NCBI GenBank assembly: GCA_963849325.1
Contig: CAWKHF010000012.1
Location: 1,216,001-1,280,000, forward strand
Length of the DNA stretch: 64,000 nucleotides
Direction of reading: 5' to 3'
Source: an uncultured Planctomycetota bacterium
Lineage (GTDB): Bacteria > Planctomycetota > Planctomycetia > Gemmatales > Gemmataceae
This document shows, in pieces, positions 34,579-44,792 of the stretch. Made by a program: the position numbers and the translations under genes. Under the pieces are notes generated by a model. That model ran no database searches. It had not been told where the DNA came from and saw nothing but the letters and a program-made list of their open reading frames with translations. How positions within the stretch are numbered: the stretch's first letter is position 1; every line of letters begins with the position of its first letter.

Positions 34579-36403
34579 AGCGCGTGAACAATACCTGGCG
34601 AGCGGAGAGTGTCAGCCCCCTGTTGCCTGCGAGAACAGGGGGCTGACGCCCCCCGCTCGCCGGGCTACCGCCTTTTGGGCCTGGGGCGCGATCGTCCTGG
34701 CCCTTGTGCTCCAATATGCTCTCTTCCGCCAGTACGCGCTCCGCGAGGTCGTCTGGTCCTACCCGGCCTCCCACGATCAGACGTTCTATTTGAGCATCAG
34801 CTACGACACCTACGAGCACATTCTCAACGACGGTCTGTTCGAGGGATTGAAGTACGGCTTCAGCCGGCGCGCTCCGGCCGGGATGGTCCTGCACGTGCAA
34901 GCGTCCCTGCTGTACCTGATTCTGGGTCCGGGCCGTCTGAGCGCCTTGACGGTGAATTTCCTGTACTTCGCGTTGTTGCAGGGAGTGCTGGCCTGGACGC
35001 TGCGTTGGCTGTCCGGGCGGTGGTCGGTGGCGCTGGTGGGGCTGGGATTGCTGTTGTGTAGCTTGACGCCGTTTTTCTGGGCCGGCAGCCTGATCGATTT
35101 CCGCATCGACTTCGCGGCCATGTGCCTGTTCGGCGTGCTCCTGTCTTTGACCGTCCGCTCCAGCCTGTTCGCCTCGCGCGGCTGGTCCGTCGTCGTCGGC
35201 GTCACGGCTGCCGGCCTCATCCTTGTGCGTTTCATCACGGTGGTGTACCTGACCGGAGTCATGGGCCTTTTCGTGGCCTTGCTCGTGCTCCGGTTGGGAT
35301 GGCCGTGGCGCGATCCGGTCTCGCGGCGGAAGGAATGGCGGCGGTTGGGCCACATCGGACTGGCGGTCGTGGTCGTGGCGGTGGTGGCGGGGCCGGTCCT
35401 GTGGTGGCGCGCGGACTTGCTGCGCTCCTATTACGTAATTGGCCACCTTACCGGAGAGGAAAAGTACATTCGCGTGCTCATGTACGGCTACGATCGGCTC
35501 TACTATCCGCGCTCTTTACTTCGAGACCACGCCGGCCCGACGTTCGTAGTTGTGACGGTGGTCTCCGTGCTGATCGCGGGCGCGCTCGCCGTGGTCCGGC
35601 GGTGGACCGCCCTCCCGGCCAGCGCGACGCCATCCCAACGACACCTACTCCCACCCGTCGGCCTGACGATCGCCTTCACCTCGTTGACGCTGCTGGTGCC
35701 AATGATCGTCCTCACCATCGACATGCACCGCTCTCCCGTGACCGGGGAAATCATGCTGGTCCCGTTGGTCTGGCTGGTGATGCTCGTCGTGGCCGCCCTC
35801 GCCGGCTCGTCGGATACGGGGGGCCGGCCACGGGTCGAATACAGCCTGGCGGCGCTGGTCGGCGTTGCTTTCGTGATGGCGGGGCTTACCCGCGTCGCAC
35901 AAGTCGGTCAGCACTGGAAAATGACCCGCGAACGTCCCAACATGGAGAAACTACTCGCTCTTCACGACCTGATCGGCCAGGCGATGCGCGATCGCGGCAT
36001 GCAGCACGCCTTCGCCCTCAGCACGTCCAACGCCGACTACTTGACGTTCGAGGCTACCGAGGCGCTGGTCTACGAGCGCCAAGGGTTCTACTGTTCGTTC
36101 GAGTCCTACCTGCGGCAGCTCTCCGCCGTCTCCGAAGACCAGGCCCTCGCCGCCCTGGGGCGCAGCCAAGTCGTTGTTCTGGCTCCCCCCGAGCGCGTGC
36201 AGACGCCGTTCGACCAGTCGATGGTGCAGCTGTTGCCTCGACTGCGCGATTACTGCGAGACCCATTTGGAACATTTGCAGACCTTCCAAGTCTTCGGCAG
36301 GGACATCGCCGTCTACATCCGAAACAACTCCGCCGGCCGACCGGGACCGAAGCCCGGACCCGGTCGGCCGGCGGCCGGGACGTCCGTGTCCCGCGCCGAC
36401 TGA
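34568..36403 (+). CDS. Paralogous polytopic membrane protein (probable GT-C); start uncertain
   Basis: LQYALFRQYALREVVWSYPASHDQT and DFRIDFAAMCLFGVLL match the upstream gene. Confidence 0.6.
   Translation: MYLRAREQYLASGECQPPVACENRGLTPPARRATAFWAWGAIVLALVLQYALFRQYALREVVWSYPASHDQTFYLSISYDTYEHILNDGLFEGLKYGFSRRAPAGMVLHVQASLLYLILGPGRLSALTVNFLYFALLQGVLAWTLRWLSGRWSVALVGLGLLLCSLTPFFWAGSLIDFRIDFAAMCLFGVLLSLTVRSSLFASRGWSVVVGVTAAGLILVRFITVVYLTGVMGLFVALLVLRLGWPWRDPVSRRKEWRRLGHIGLAVVVVAVVAGPVLWWRADLLRSYYVIGHLTGEEKYIRVLMYGYDRLYYPRSLLRDHAGPTFVVVTVVSVLIAGALAVVRRWTALPASATPSQRHLLPPVGLTIAFTSLTLLVPMIVLTIDMHRSPVTGEIMLVPLVWLVMLVVAALAGSSDTGGRPRVEYSLAALVGVAFVMAGLTRVAQVGQHWKMTRERPNMEKLLALHDLIGQAMRDRGMQHAFALSTSNADYLTFEATEALVYERQGFYCSFESYLRQLSAVSEDQALAALGRSQVVVLAPPERVQTPFDQSMVQLLPRLRDYCETHLEHLQTFQVFGRDIAVYIRNNSAGRPGPKPGPGRPAAGTSVSRAD
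34597..34661. repeat. REP-like palindrome, GGCGAGCGG..TCAGCCCCCTGTT family (copy 2)
   Basis: Near-identical to 4336-4399. Confidence 0.9.
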
Positions 36404-36446
36404 TCCGCCATCCTATTTCTTTCCGGAATCGAGAGGGGACAACGCC

Positions 36447-39400
36447 ATGCCCGCGCCAGACCGCCGAGACGACGCCCTTTCCCCGGCCGACTCCCCCGTC
36501 TTGCCGCGAATCAGTGTCGTGGTGCCGTCGTACAACCAGGGTCATTTTCTGCCCGAGTGTCTGGAGAGCATCTTCCGGCAGAATTATCCCGACCTGGAAG
36601 TGGTGGTGATGGATGGTGGCTCCCGCGATGACAGCGTGGACGTGATCCGCTCGTATGCGCCGCGCCTGAAGCACTGGCAGAGCGAACGCGACGACGGCCA
36701 ATCGGCGGCCATCAACGGCGGCGTCAAGCACTGCACCGGCGAACTGGTGGCCTGGCTCAACTCCGACGACTTCTATTGGGGCGACGCCCTGTGGACGGCC
36801 GGCCGCGCCTGGGCCGCCTACCCTCGCCGCGGCCTGTACATCGGCAACGGCCTGCGCTATGACCAGCGCACGCGACAATACACTCCGTTCCTACCTCGAC
36901 ACGTCGCCCTGGATCGCGCCGCCCTCCGCGACGGGCCGGATTACATTTTGCAGCCCTCGACCTTTTTCGGACGACAAGCATGGCAGGAGGTTGGCGGACT
37001 CGATCCGGATCTCCGTTTTTGCATGGACTGGGACCTCTTTCTCCGCATCGGCCAGCGCTATCCCGCCGTGCTCATCAACGAGTTCCTGGGCGTCAGCCGC
37101 GAATACGAGGAGACCAAAACGCGCAGCGGCAAGACGACGCGGGCCATCGAAATCATTCGGATGGTTCAGCGCCATACGCAGGTCGAACTCACGTTCGGCG
37201 CCCTGTCCTACCTGCTGGAGACGCTGCTGGGCGGCGCTGCCGGAACAACTACCCGGCGTCTGCGCGGACACTTGATGCATAGCTTGTACGCGACCACGGG
37301 GTCGTTCTATCACCGCTTCGGCGATGGCCACTGGTCGGCCTGTTACGGCGATGGCCAGGACGACACGTATCTGCCCATCGCCGGCCCCGGCCAACTCCAT
37401 CCGCCGCGCCCGGCCTCCGCGCCGCCATTGCCGTCCTTCAGTATCGTCATTCCGTCCGGCGACGATGGCGTCGCCCTCGAACAGACGCTGGCGAGCGTCT
37501 TGAACCAGGATTACCCGCGTCTGGAAGTGCTGGTCGTCGAACGAGGGTCCGCGGACGGCCTGCCGGATCTGCGCGACCGATACGCGGATCGCCTTACCTG
37601 GCTCCGGTGCCCCGCCGAGGGAAGGGACGTCCAGGCCATCAACCAGGGTTTGGCCGCTGCTGGCGGCGACATCCTGGCCTGGCTGCACCCCGGCGACCTG
37701 CTGGCCGTCGGCGCCTTGCGCGCGGCGGGGGAGGCGTTCGCCTCCGACGGCAAGGTGGGATTGCTTTACGGCAATGCCGTCTTTCTCGATCCCCACGGCC
37801 GGCCCGCGCTGGCCGATCTACACTCCTGCCGCACCGCCTTCTGGATCGGGCGATTGGAAGCGAACGGCCGGGCGCCGGTTTACGACACGGAAGAGTATCA
37901 CGTCCCTCAGCCGACCCTTTGCTTCCGTCGCGGCCTCCTCGAAAAGTACGGTGGACTGGACGAATCGTATTCGCACATCTTCGCCTATGAATGGGTCAAG
38001 CGTCTGGCGGAGCGAACGCGCGTTCGCAAGCTGGAACGTACGCAAGCTTTCATCCGCCTCGGGACCAAGGAAGCCCCTGGTGAGTGGGACGCGATTCTGG
38101 CCGAGCTGTACCGTTTCAGCCGGCCGCGTTGGCCGGGACTCTTTTCCCGTGAGTTCTTCGCGGTCCTGACGCGCTACGTAGGCGGCTACATGCACCGGAA
38201 GTTCAATGGGCGGCCGCGCGATCTGTCTTCCTGGGCCGCCTGCGCAATGGTGACGCTGTCCACCTTGACGCGGCTAGGCAATCCCGAGCGTTGGTGGCGC
38301 GGCCGATTCTGGACGCCGCCCTGGGGCGCGCCGCCGCTGCATCTACCGCTGCCGTCGGTTCAAATCCGACCCTCGCTGCCCCTGGTGCGCAGGGAGGAGT
38401 TACCGCTCCGCGAGGGCACGAACTTTCGGGCTGCTGTGTGCATGTCGCGGCTGCCCCTCTATCCCGGTCGATCCGGCAGTGAGGCCCGTGCCTATCAGAT
38501 CGTGCGCCATCTGCTGCGCTTCACCACGTTGACGTTTTTCACCCAGCACGGCGCGCCGTCCGAACCGCCTGCCGGCGTGAGCGTCCCGGACGTGGACGTC
38601 CTGCACACGCCCGAGACCCTCTGGAAACAGCGACCCGACCTCGTCCGGCCCGCCCTGCTCAAGAAACGGTTGCATGGCCGCATCGCCTCCGGTTTGCGCC
38701 GCCTGAAAATCCCGGTCCCTGGACCGCGCAATCCCCTCGCCGTCACCAAGCAATTCCACATCGTCCGCGCCCACTGCACCCTGGCCGTCCAGGCCGCTCT
38801 CGACCGCGAGTCGTCCCGACCCGATTTCCTCTTTGTCGCCGATCAGACCAACCCCCTGGCCCTGACGCTCAACACGCGCGAGCGGCCGGCGCGACTGGTC
38901 CTCATCTCGCACAACGTCGAAGCGCAGCGCGTCCGCCGTGAGGCGAAGAGTCAGCGCGGCTTCCTTCATCTGGGCATGCGCTGGGAGGCGGCGCGAGCGC
39001 GGCGGTACGAGAGGAAGAACCTCTCTCGCTATGACGGCCTGATCGTCGCCGGCGAGGAGGACCGCCGCCGTTACGTCGCCGACTACGGCGTCCCCGACGA
39101 ACGCATCCTCGTTGTCGGCCGAGGCGTGGACCTCGACTACTGGAGCGCCTTGCCGCGCCAGCCGGAGCCTGGCGTCGTCGTCTTCGTGGGCGACCTGGGC
39201 GTGGCGGACAATCGACTGGCCGTCCGCCGCCTGCTGCGCGAGATCCTGCCGCGCGTCCGCCGGCGCCTTCCCGAGACACGCTGCTGGGTCGTCAATCCGG
39301 GTTCTCCCGCTGTGCTGGGCATCGGCGAGGACACCCGCACACAAATCCTCCACCGCGTCGAGGACGCGCGGCCCTACCTGGCACGGGCGACCGTCGCCTG

Positions 39401-39761
39401 CCTGCCGCTCCTTTCCGCCGTGGATGGGACGGTCCTGGAGACGATGGCGGCTGGGACTCCCGTGGTATGTACGCCCGAGGGAGTCGATGGTCTCTCTCTC
39501 CAGGCCGGCGAGCATTTTCTGTGTGGCCGACATCGGCATGAGCTGGCCGCTGCCGTCGAACGCTTGCTGACCGATGTCGCTTTCGCCGAAAAAATGGCGA
39601 CCCGAGCGCGTCAGCGGGTCGCGCGCGTTCACTCCGGGGAGGCTCACCTTGCCGGCCTGCGCGCCTGGCTCGAACGGATCGCCGACATGCCGCGCCGCCG
39701 TGGGGCGAAGCCCGGTCGCACGGAGACAGACGACAACTTGGCCGCGCCGAAGGCGGCGTGA
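36447..39761 (+). CDS. Three-domain glycosyltransferase GT2-GT2-GT4 (~1100 aa)
   Basis: SVVVPSYNQ/DGGSRD/WLNSDD; second domain SIVIPS/ERGSAD/WLHPGD; C-terminal GT-B VLETMAAGTPVV. Confidence 0.88.
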   Translation: MPAPDRRDDALSPADSPVLPRISVVVPSYNQGHFLPECLESIFRQNYPDLEVVVMDGGSRDDSVDVIRSYAPRLKHWQSERDDGQSAAINGGVKHCTGELVAWLNSDDFYWGDALWTAGRAWAAYPRRGLYIGNGLRYDQRTRQYTPFLPRHVALDRAALRDGPDYILQPSTFFGRQAWQEVGGLDPDLRFCMDWDLFLRIGQRYPAVLINEFLGVSREYEETKTRSGKTTRAIEIIRMVQRHTQVELTFGALSYLLETLLGGAAGTTTRRLRGHLMHSLYATTGSFYHRFGDGHWSACYGDGQDDTYLPIAGPGQLHPPRPASAPPLPSFSIVIPSGDDGVALEQTLASVLNQDYPRLEVLVVERGSADGLPDLRDRYADRLTWLRCPAEGRDVQAINQGLAAAGGDILAWLHPGDLLAVGALRAAGEAFASDGKVGLLYGNAVFLDPHGRPALADLHSCRTAFWIGRLEANGRAPVYDTEEYHVPQPTLCFRRGLLEKYGGLDESYSHIFAYEWVKRLAERTRVRKLERTQAFIRLGTKEAPGEWDAILAELYRFSRPRWPGLFSREFFAVLTRYVGGYMHRKFNGRPRDLSSWAACAMVTLSTLTRLGNPERWWRGRFWTPPWGAPPLHLPLPSVQIRPSLPLVRREELPLREGTNFRAAVCMSRLPLYPGRSGSEARAYQIVRHLLRFTTLTFFTQHGAPSEPPAGVSVPDVDVLHTPETLWKQRPDLVRPALLKKRLHGRIASGLRRLKIPVPGPRNPLAVTKQFHIVRAHCTLAVQAALDRESSRPDFLFVADQTNPLALTLNTRERPARLVLISHNVEAQRVRREAKSQRGFLHLGMRWEAARARRYERKNLSRYDGLIVAGEEDRRRYVADYGVPDERILVVGRGVDLDYWSALPRQPEPGVVVFVGDLGVADNRLAVRRLLREILPRVRRRLPETRCWVVNPGSPAVLGIGEDTRTQILHRVEDARPYLARATVACLPLLSAVDGTVLETMAAGTPVVCTPEGVDGLSLQAGEHFLCGRHRHELAAAVERLLTDVAFAEKMATRARQRVARVHSGEAHLAGLRAWLERIADMPRRRGAKPGRTETDDNLAAPKAA

Positions 39762-39796
39762 TCCGGCAATCCAAGTCCCCAACCCGCGAGGCGGCG

Positions 39797-40687
39797 ATGG
39801 AACTCGTCTCGATCGTCACGCCCTCTTACAATCAGGGACGGTTCTTGCGGCGCACCATTGACAGCGTTCTCCATCAGACCTATCCGCACATCGAATACGT
39901 CGTGATTGATGGTGGTTCGCGGGACGAATCGGTGGCGATCCTTCAGTCGTATGGCGATCGCTTCGCGTGGGTCTCGGAGCAGGACCGGGGGCAGACAGAC
40001 GCCATCAACAAGGGCTTCGCTCGCACGCATGGCGACATCCGGGCCTATCTCAATTCCGACGACGTGCTCTTGCCGCACGCGGTCGAACAGGCCGTCGCCC
40101 ACTTCCGCCGGCATCCGGATTGGGACATGGTCTATGGCCGCGCCGACTACATTGACGAGCGGGACCGCGTCATCGGCGACTATGCGACGGCGGACTATTC
40201 CTTCCCGCGTCTAATGAGGGACTGCTGCGTCTGCCAGCCGGCGGCGTTCTGGCGCAGCCGTATCGCCCAGCGAGTCGGGCCTTTCGACGACCGGCTGCAC
40301 TACGCCATGGATTACGATTACTGGCTGCGCATCGATCGCGCGGGCGGGCGGATTGAGCACGTGCCGGAAACGCTGGCCTGCTCCCGGCTCTACCCGGAGA
40401 CGAAAACACTGTCGGCGCGGCGAGAAATATACCGCGAGATCTTTGCGGTATGTCAGCGGCACGGCGGCTACGTGGATCGGCACTTTTTTTACGGACTCTG
40501 GCATCACCTCTGTGAGGAGCGCGATCGGGGACTGGCTCGCCATCTGGCCGGGTGTCCGCGGCTGCGCGAGGCGGCCGTATCCCTGCACTACCGCTGGTGG
40601 CACCGGCGGCAGTATTCGTTTCGACGGATCTTATTGGGTGCCGGACGGCGACTCCGACAGTATTGCGCCGGCAAGAAAGATTCTTAA
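39797..40687 (+). CDS. Glycosyltransferase family 2 (WcaE-like)
   Basis: SIVTPSYNQ, DGGSRD, GQTDAINKG, YLNSDD, QPAAFWR, MDYDYWLR. Confidence 0.92.
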   Translation: MELVSIVTPSYNQGRFLRRTIDSVLHQTYPHIEYVVIDGGSRDESVAILQSYGDRFAWVSEQDRGQTDAINKGFARTHGDIRAYLNSDDVLLPHAVEQAVAHFRRHPDWDMVYGRADYIDERDRVIGDYATADYSFPRLMRDCCVCQPAAFWRSRIAQRVGPFDDRLHYAMDYDYWLRIDRAGGRIEHVPETLACSRLYPETKTLSARREIYREIFAVCQRHGGYVDRHFFYGLWHHLCEERDRGLARHLAGCPRLREAAVSLHYRWWHRRQYSFRRILLGAGRRLRQYCAGKKDS

Positions 40688-40745
40688 CCACGGATAACAC
40701 GGATAAGAAAGACAGCGAGGCTGTCTTATCCGTGTTATCCGTGGT
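40687..40745. repeat. ACCACGGA-family palindrome between convergent genes (possible bidirectional terminator)
   Basis: ACCACGGATAACACGGATAAGA ... TCTTATCCGTGTTATCCGTGGT. Confidence 0.9.
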
Positions 40746-40786
40746 CCATTTTTTGTGCGCTGATTTTCGTGCAATGGAAGCGCTCG

Positions 40787-42226
40787 TCAGGCAAGAATTT
40801 GTTTCACCACCTCGCCGGACACGTCGGTCAAGCGAAAGTCACGACCTTGTGATCGGTACGTCAGCCTTTCGTGATCGATCCCCATCAAGTGGAGGATGGT
40901 GGCGTGAAGGTCGTGGACATGGACCGGGTCAGTGACGACGTTGAAACCAAACTCATCGGTCTCTCCGTGTGTGTGTCCTCCCTTGACGCCGCCGCCCGCC
41001 AGCCACATGGTAAAGCATTTATTGTGATGGTCCCGGCCGGGATCGTCCTTCAGATCCTGGGCCACCGGAGACCGCCCAAACTCTCCGCCCCAGACGACCA
41101 GGGTATCTTCCAGCAGTCCGCGGCGTTTCAAGTCGATCAATAAGGCGGCCGTCCCCTGATCGACCTGGGCGGCCGTTTGGGGAATCGTTTTTTTGATCTG
41201 GTAGTGATGGTCCCAATCGAGGTGGATGAGTTGCACGATCCGGACACCGGCCTCGGATAGACGCCGAGCCAGCAAACAATTGGCCGCATAGGAACCATCG
41301 TAGCCTCCGATCCCATACAGTTTGAGCGTGTCGGCCGTCTCGTTGGAAAGATCGGCGATACTCGGGACGCTCATCTGCATCCGAAACGCGGTTTCATATT
41401 GCATGATGTGCGTCGCCACTTCCGGGTCGTTGGCGGCGTAAGGGGAAAGCCGATCGAGATCTTGGACCGCCCGCACGGCGTCCTGCTGATCGTCGCGAGT
41501 CACTCCTTTCAAATTACCCAGGTAATGCACGGTGTCGCCTTTCGAGCGGAAATGAACTCCCTGGAGGCGTGTAGGAAGGAAACCGTTGCTCCACAGTTCC
41601 TTGTTCAGGGGATGTCCTCCCTGGACGGCACGCAGCACCACGAATCCAGGCAAGTTATCACTCTCGCTGCCCAATCCGTACCACAACCAGGAACCCAGGC
41701 ACGGCCGTCCGGCAACCACCGATCCCGTACTCATCATCGTGTGGGCTAGGTCGTGAACGAAACTGTCCGTCTTGAGGGAGCGGACGATACAGAGATCGTC
41801 CGCGACGCCGGCCAGGTGTGGAAAGAGGTTTGTCATGTACAGACCGGATTTGCCGCAACGCCGGAAGGGGAAGAGAGGGCCCACACAGCGATTGGTGCTC
41901 CGGCCATTGGGCGAAAGGGGCTGTCCATTCAGGATCGAGGTCGGGAGAGGCTTTCCGTGCATCTGTGCCAAGGTCGGCTTGGGATCGAAGGTCTCCAGGT
42001 GAGAGGGGCCGCCCGCCATGTACAGGTAAATAATTCGCTTGGCCCTCGGTCGATGGTGTGGTGGATTGACATTCTCCGACATCTGGCCGACCGTCGATTC
42101 GGTAGTCGTGGCGAAGAGATCCCGGTTCAGCAAGGCGGACAGTGCCAAGTATCCCATGCCGCTCGCCGCACGAGCGAGAAACATGCGACGGGCCTGCCTC
42201 CAGGCGATCGTGTTGGCGGCGTTCAT
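40787..42226 (-). CDS. DUF1501 domain protein with Tat signal
   Basis: RRMFL twin-arginine signal; YMAGGPSHLETFDPKP, WDHH, VVWGGEFGR, GRDHH, VHVHDLHATILHLMGIDH, RDFRLTDV. Confidence 0.93.
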   Translation of the reverse strand: MNAANTIAWRQARRMFLARAASGMGYLALSALLNRDLFATTTESTVGQMSENVNPPHHRPRAKRIIYLYMAGGPSHLETFDPKPTLAQMHGKPLPTSILNGQPLSPNGRSTNRCVGPLFPFRRCGKSGLYMTNLFPHLAGVADDLCIVRSLKTDSFVHDLAHTMMSTGSVVAGRPCLGSWLWYGLGSESDNLPGFVVLRAVQGGHPLNKELWSNGFLPTRLQGVHFRSKGDTVHYLGNLKGVTRDDQQDAVRAVQDLDRLSPYAANDPEVATHIMQYETAFRMQMSVPSIADLSNETADTLKLYGIGGYDGSYAANCLLARRLSEAGVRIVQLIHLDWDHHYQIKKTIPQTAAQVDQGTAALLIDLKRRGLLEDTLVVWGGEFGRSPVAQDLKDDPGRDHHNKCFTMWLAGGGVKGGHTHGETDEFGFNVVTDPVHVHDLHATILHLMGIDHERLTYRSQGRDFRLTDVSGEVVKQILA

Positions 42227-42230
42227 GCTT

Positions 42231-44792
42231 CTAGTACCTCGTTATGGTCTCGCGCAGATTCAGGATGACGCGCATCACGGCGGTCGTGGCCGCCAATTCC
42301 GCCACGTCCACGTCGGAGGGAACGGGAGACTCGCCAATGTTCAGGAATGCGGAAGCAGCAGCGGAGTCTTTCCGGTAACGTTGAAGTTCCTTGGCGTAAA
42401 GCGTTTGAAGGACCGTTTCTTCCGGGGAAGTGATGTCGCGGAGAAGGGCCTGTTGATAGGCATAATGGAAGCGCTCGGCGGGCGGAGCTTCTTTGACCAC
42501 ACGATAAGCGAAGACACGGGCCGCCTCGGCGTAGGACGGATCGTTCAGCAGAGCGAGGGCTTGAAGCGGAGTGGCCGAACGCGGCCGGTCTCCAATGCAC
42601 GATTGCCGGGGCGGGGCGTCGAACAGGTAGAGACTGGGATGGGGATAGTTGCGACACCAAAAAGTGTAGAGACCTCGACGATGTTGGTTTGCTCCCGTGT
42701 CGGGTTTATAGATTTTGTTCTCCTGCGTGAAACGGTCGGCCCAATATCCATCGGGTTGGTAGGGTTTGACGCTCGGGCCGCCGACATCGCGGGCCAGAAG
42801 TCCGCTGATCGTCAGGGCGTTGTCGCGAATAAACTCGGCGTCGATGCGGAATCGGTTCTGTCGCGTCAGCCAGGTGTTGGCGGGATCGCGCTCTTCCATG
42901 ACGAGGTCTGCCTGGGAGTCCTGCCGATACGTGTTCGACATGAGGAGCAATTTCAGCGTGGATTTGATGTCCCACGAGCGTTCCTGAATTTCGACGGCGA
43001 GCCAATCGAGCAATTGCGGATGAGTCGGTAAGGCGCCTTGAGCGCCGAAATCATCGACGGAGGCCACGAGTCCCTTGCCGAAAGCCAGCTTCCAGAGGCG
43101 ATTGGCGAGGACGCGCGACGGGAGTGGGTTCGAGTCGGAGAAGAGCCACACGGCCAAGTACAATCGATTTAGTCCGACCTCCGGGGGAAGGCGATGAGGA
43201 AACAAGGCGGCGGGTAGGCCGGGCTTCACTTCTTCTCCCGACTTGTCCTGCCAATCGCCGCGCGGAAGGATGCGCACCGGACGCGGCGGCTCCGATGTGG
43301 AAACCAGGGTTGCCAGTGTCTCGTTCTCCACGACACTGCGCCGCGCGACGGTCTCCTCAAGCTGTTTGGAGATTTCCGCCAGACCGGGAGCCACCTTGGC
43401 GTAATAACGCTCGATATTGATGTTTTGATCGGACGTCCGCTGGCTCTTGTCCAGGCGAAGGAACGCCCGGATGTCCTCGGGGACCCCCTTGTAATCTTCC
43501 TGTTTGAGTTTCGCTTCCCATTTTTCCCGTGCCGCTCCCGACTCGGAAACTTTTTTTTGCAACTCGGCGTCGAGCCGTCCGGCCCTGTCCTGGACTTCGT
43601 GCAGCTTCCGCTTCTGCTCCTCGGTTTGCGGGAAGAAGGTCAGGCTTTGTTGCCCGACCGCTGTTTCCTGGATGTCGGCAAAGAAAGCTGCAAGCTGATA
43701 AAATTCCTTTGTGGTAATTGGATCGAATTTATGATCGTGACACTCGGCACATCCCATCGTCAAACCGAGCCAGACCGAGGACACATTTCTCACGCGATCG
43801 GCCGCATATCGCGCTCGCCGCTCTTCCGGCTCGGCGCAGCCTTCTGCCGAATTCATCAAGATGCGATTGTATCCTGAACCGATTCGGTCCTCCTGTTTGG
43901 GCTCCGGCAAGAGGTCGCCGGCGAGTTGCTGGATTGTGAACCAATTGAATCTTTTATTTCGGTTAAAGGAATCGATGACGAAATCGCGGTACAACCACAC
44001 CCGGCGGTCACTATCCACGGAATAACCTTCCGTGTCGGCATAACGCACCAGGTCGAGCCAGGCCACCGCCATCCGTTCCCCGTAATGCGGCGAAGCCAGC
44101 AGTCGGTCCACGAGAAATTCGTATGCGTCAGGGGAAGGGTCGTTGACGAAACTTTCTACCTCTTCGGGAGTAGGCGGGAGGCCGGTTACGTCCAGGGTCA
44201 GACGGCGAATCAACGTCCGGCGATCCGCCTCGGGGGCCGGGTGCAGACCGTGTGCTTCCTGTGCCGAGAGGATGAAAGTATCGACGGGGTTGCGAACCCA
44301 GACCAAGTTGCGAACCGCCGGCAGCGGAGGCTTCACGGGACGGACGAACGACCAGTGCGCATCGAACGACGCACCCTCGTCGATCCAACGGCGGATAAGA
44401 TCGATTTGATGGGGTGTCAGTTGCGGTTTTTTCGACGACGGAGGGGGCATCCGCTTACGGGGATTGGCACTGGTGATCTTCGCCACCAACCGACTTGCGT
44501 CCGAATGGTTCGGCACGATGGCCGATGCCACGGCTTCCTCCCGAACATCCAGGCGGAGACCCGCTTCGCGTGATCCCTCGTCAGGGCCGTGACAGGAATA
44601 ACAATAATTGGACAGGATGGGCCTGATGTCTCGATTATAGTCGGCCCTCTCGTTCTCGCCCAATCCCGACAGCGATACGCTGCTCTCCTGCTGATCCGCG
44701 GCACTTTTCTTGGATACCCGGTGCCACAATCCCCAGACCGAAAGCAGGCTCGCAACTGCCAGGATAGCGACGATACTCCGAAGATGTTTCAT
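42231..44792 (-). CDS. Planctomycete cytochrome c / DUF1549 / DUF1553 (PSD1) protein
   Basis: Heme motifs CYSCH and CAECHDHKFDP; HYGERMA..WLDLVRYADT; PTHPQLLDWLA; TPLQALALLND. Confidence 0.93.
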   Translation of the reverse strand: MKHLRSIVAILAVASLLSVWGLWHRVSKKSAADQQESSVSLSGLGENERADYNRDIRPILSNYCYSCHGPDEGSREAGLRLDVREEAVASAIVPNHSDASRLVAKITSANPRKRMPPPSSKKPQLTPHQIDLIRRWIDEGASFDAHWSFVRPVKPPLPAVRNLVWVRNPVDTFILSAQEAHGLHPAPEADRRTLIRRLTLDVTGLPPTPEEVESFVNDPSPDAYEFLVDRLLASPHYGERMAVAWLDLVRYADTEGYSVDSDRRVWLYRDFVIDSFNRNKRFNWFTIQQLAGDLLPEPKQEDRIGSGYNRILMNSAEGCAEPEERRARYAADRVRNVSSVWLGLTMGCAECHDHKFDPITTKEFYQLAAFFADIQETAVGQQSLTFFPQTEEQKRKLHEVQDRAGRLDAELQKKVSESGAAREKWEAKLKQEDYKGVPEDIRAFLRLDKSQRTSDQNINIERYYAKVAPGLAEISKQLEETVARRSVVENETLATLVSTSEPPRPVRILPRGDWQDKSGEEVKPGLPAALFPHRLPPEVGLNRLYLAVWLFSDSNPLPSRVLANRLWKLAFGKGLVASVDDFGAQGALPTHPQLLDWLAVEIQERSWDIKSTLKLLLMSNTYRQDSQADLVMEERDPANTWLTRQNRFRIDAEFIRDNALTISGLLARDVGGPSVKPYQPDGYWADRFTQENKIYKPDTGANQHRRGLYTFWCRNYPHPSLYLFDAPPRQSCIGDRPRSATPLQALALLNDPSYAEAARVFAYRVVKEAPPAERFHYAYQQALLRDITSPEETVLQTLYAKELQRYRKDSAAASAFLNIGESPVPSDVDVAELAATTAVMRVILNLRETITRY

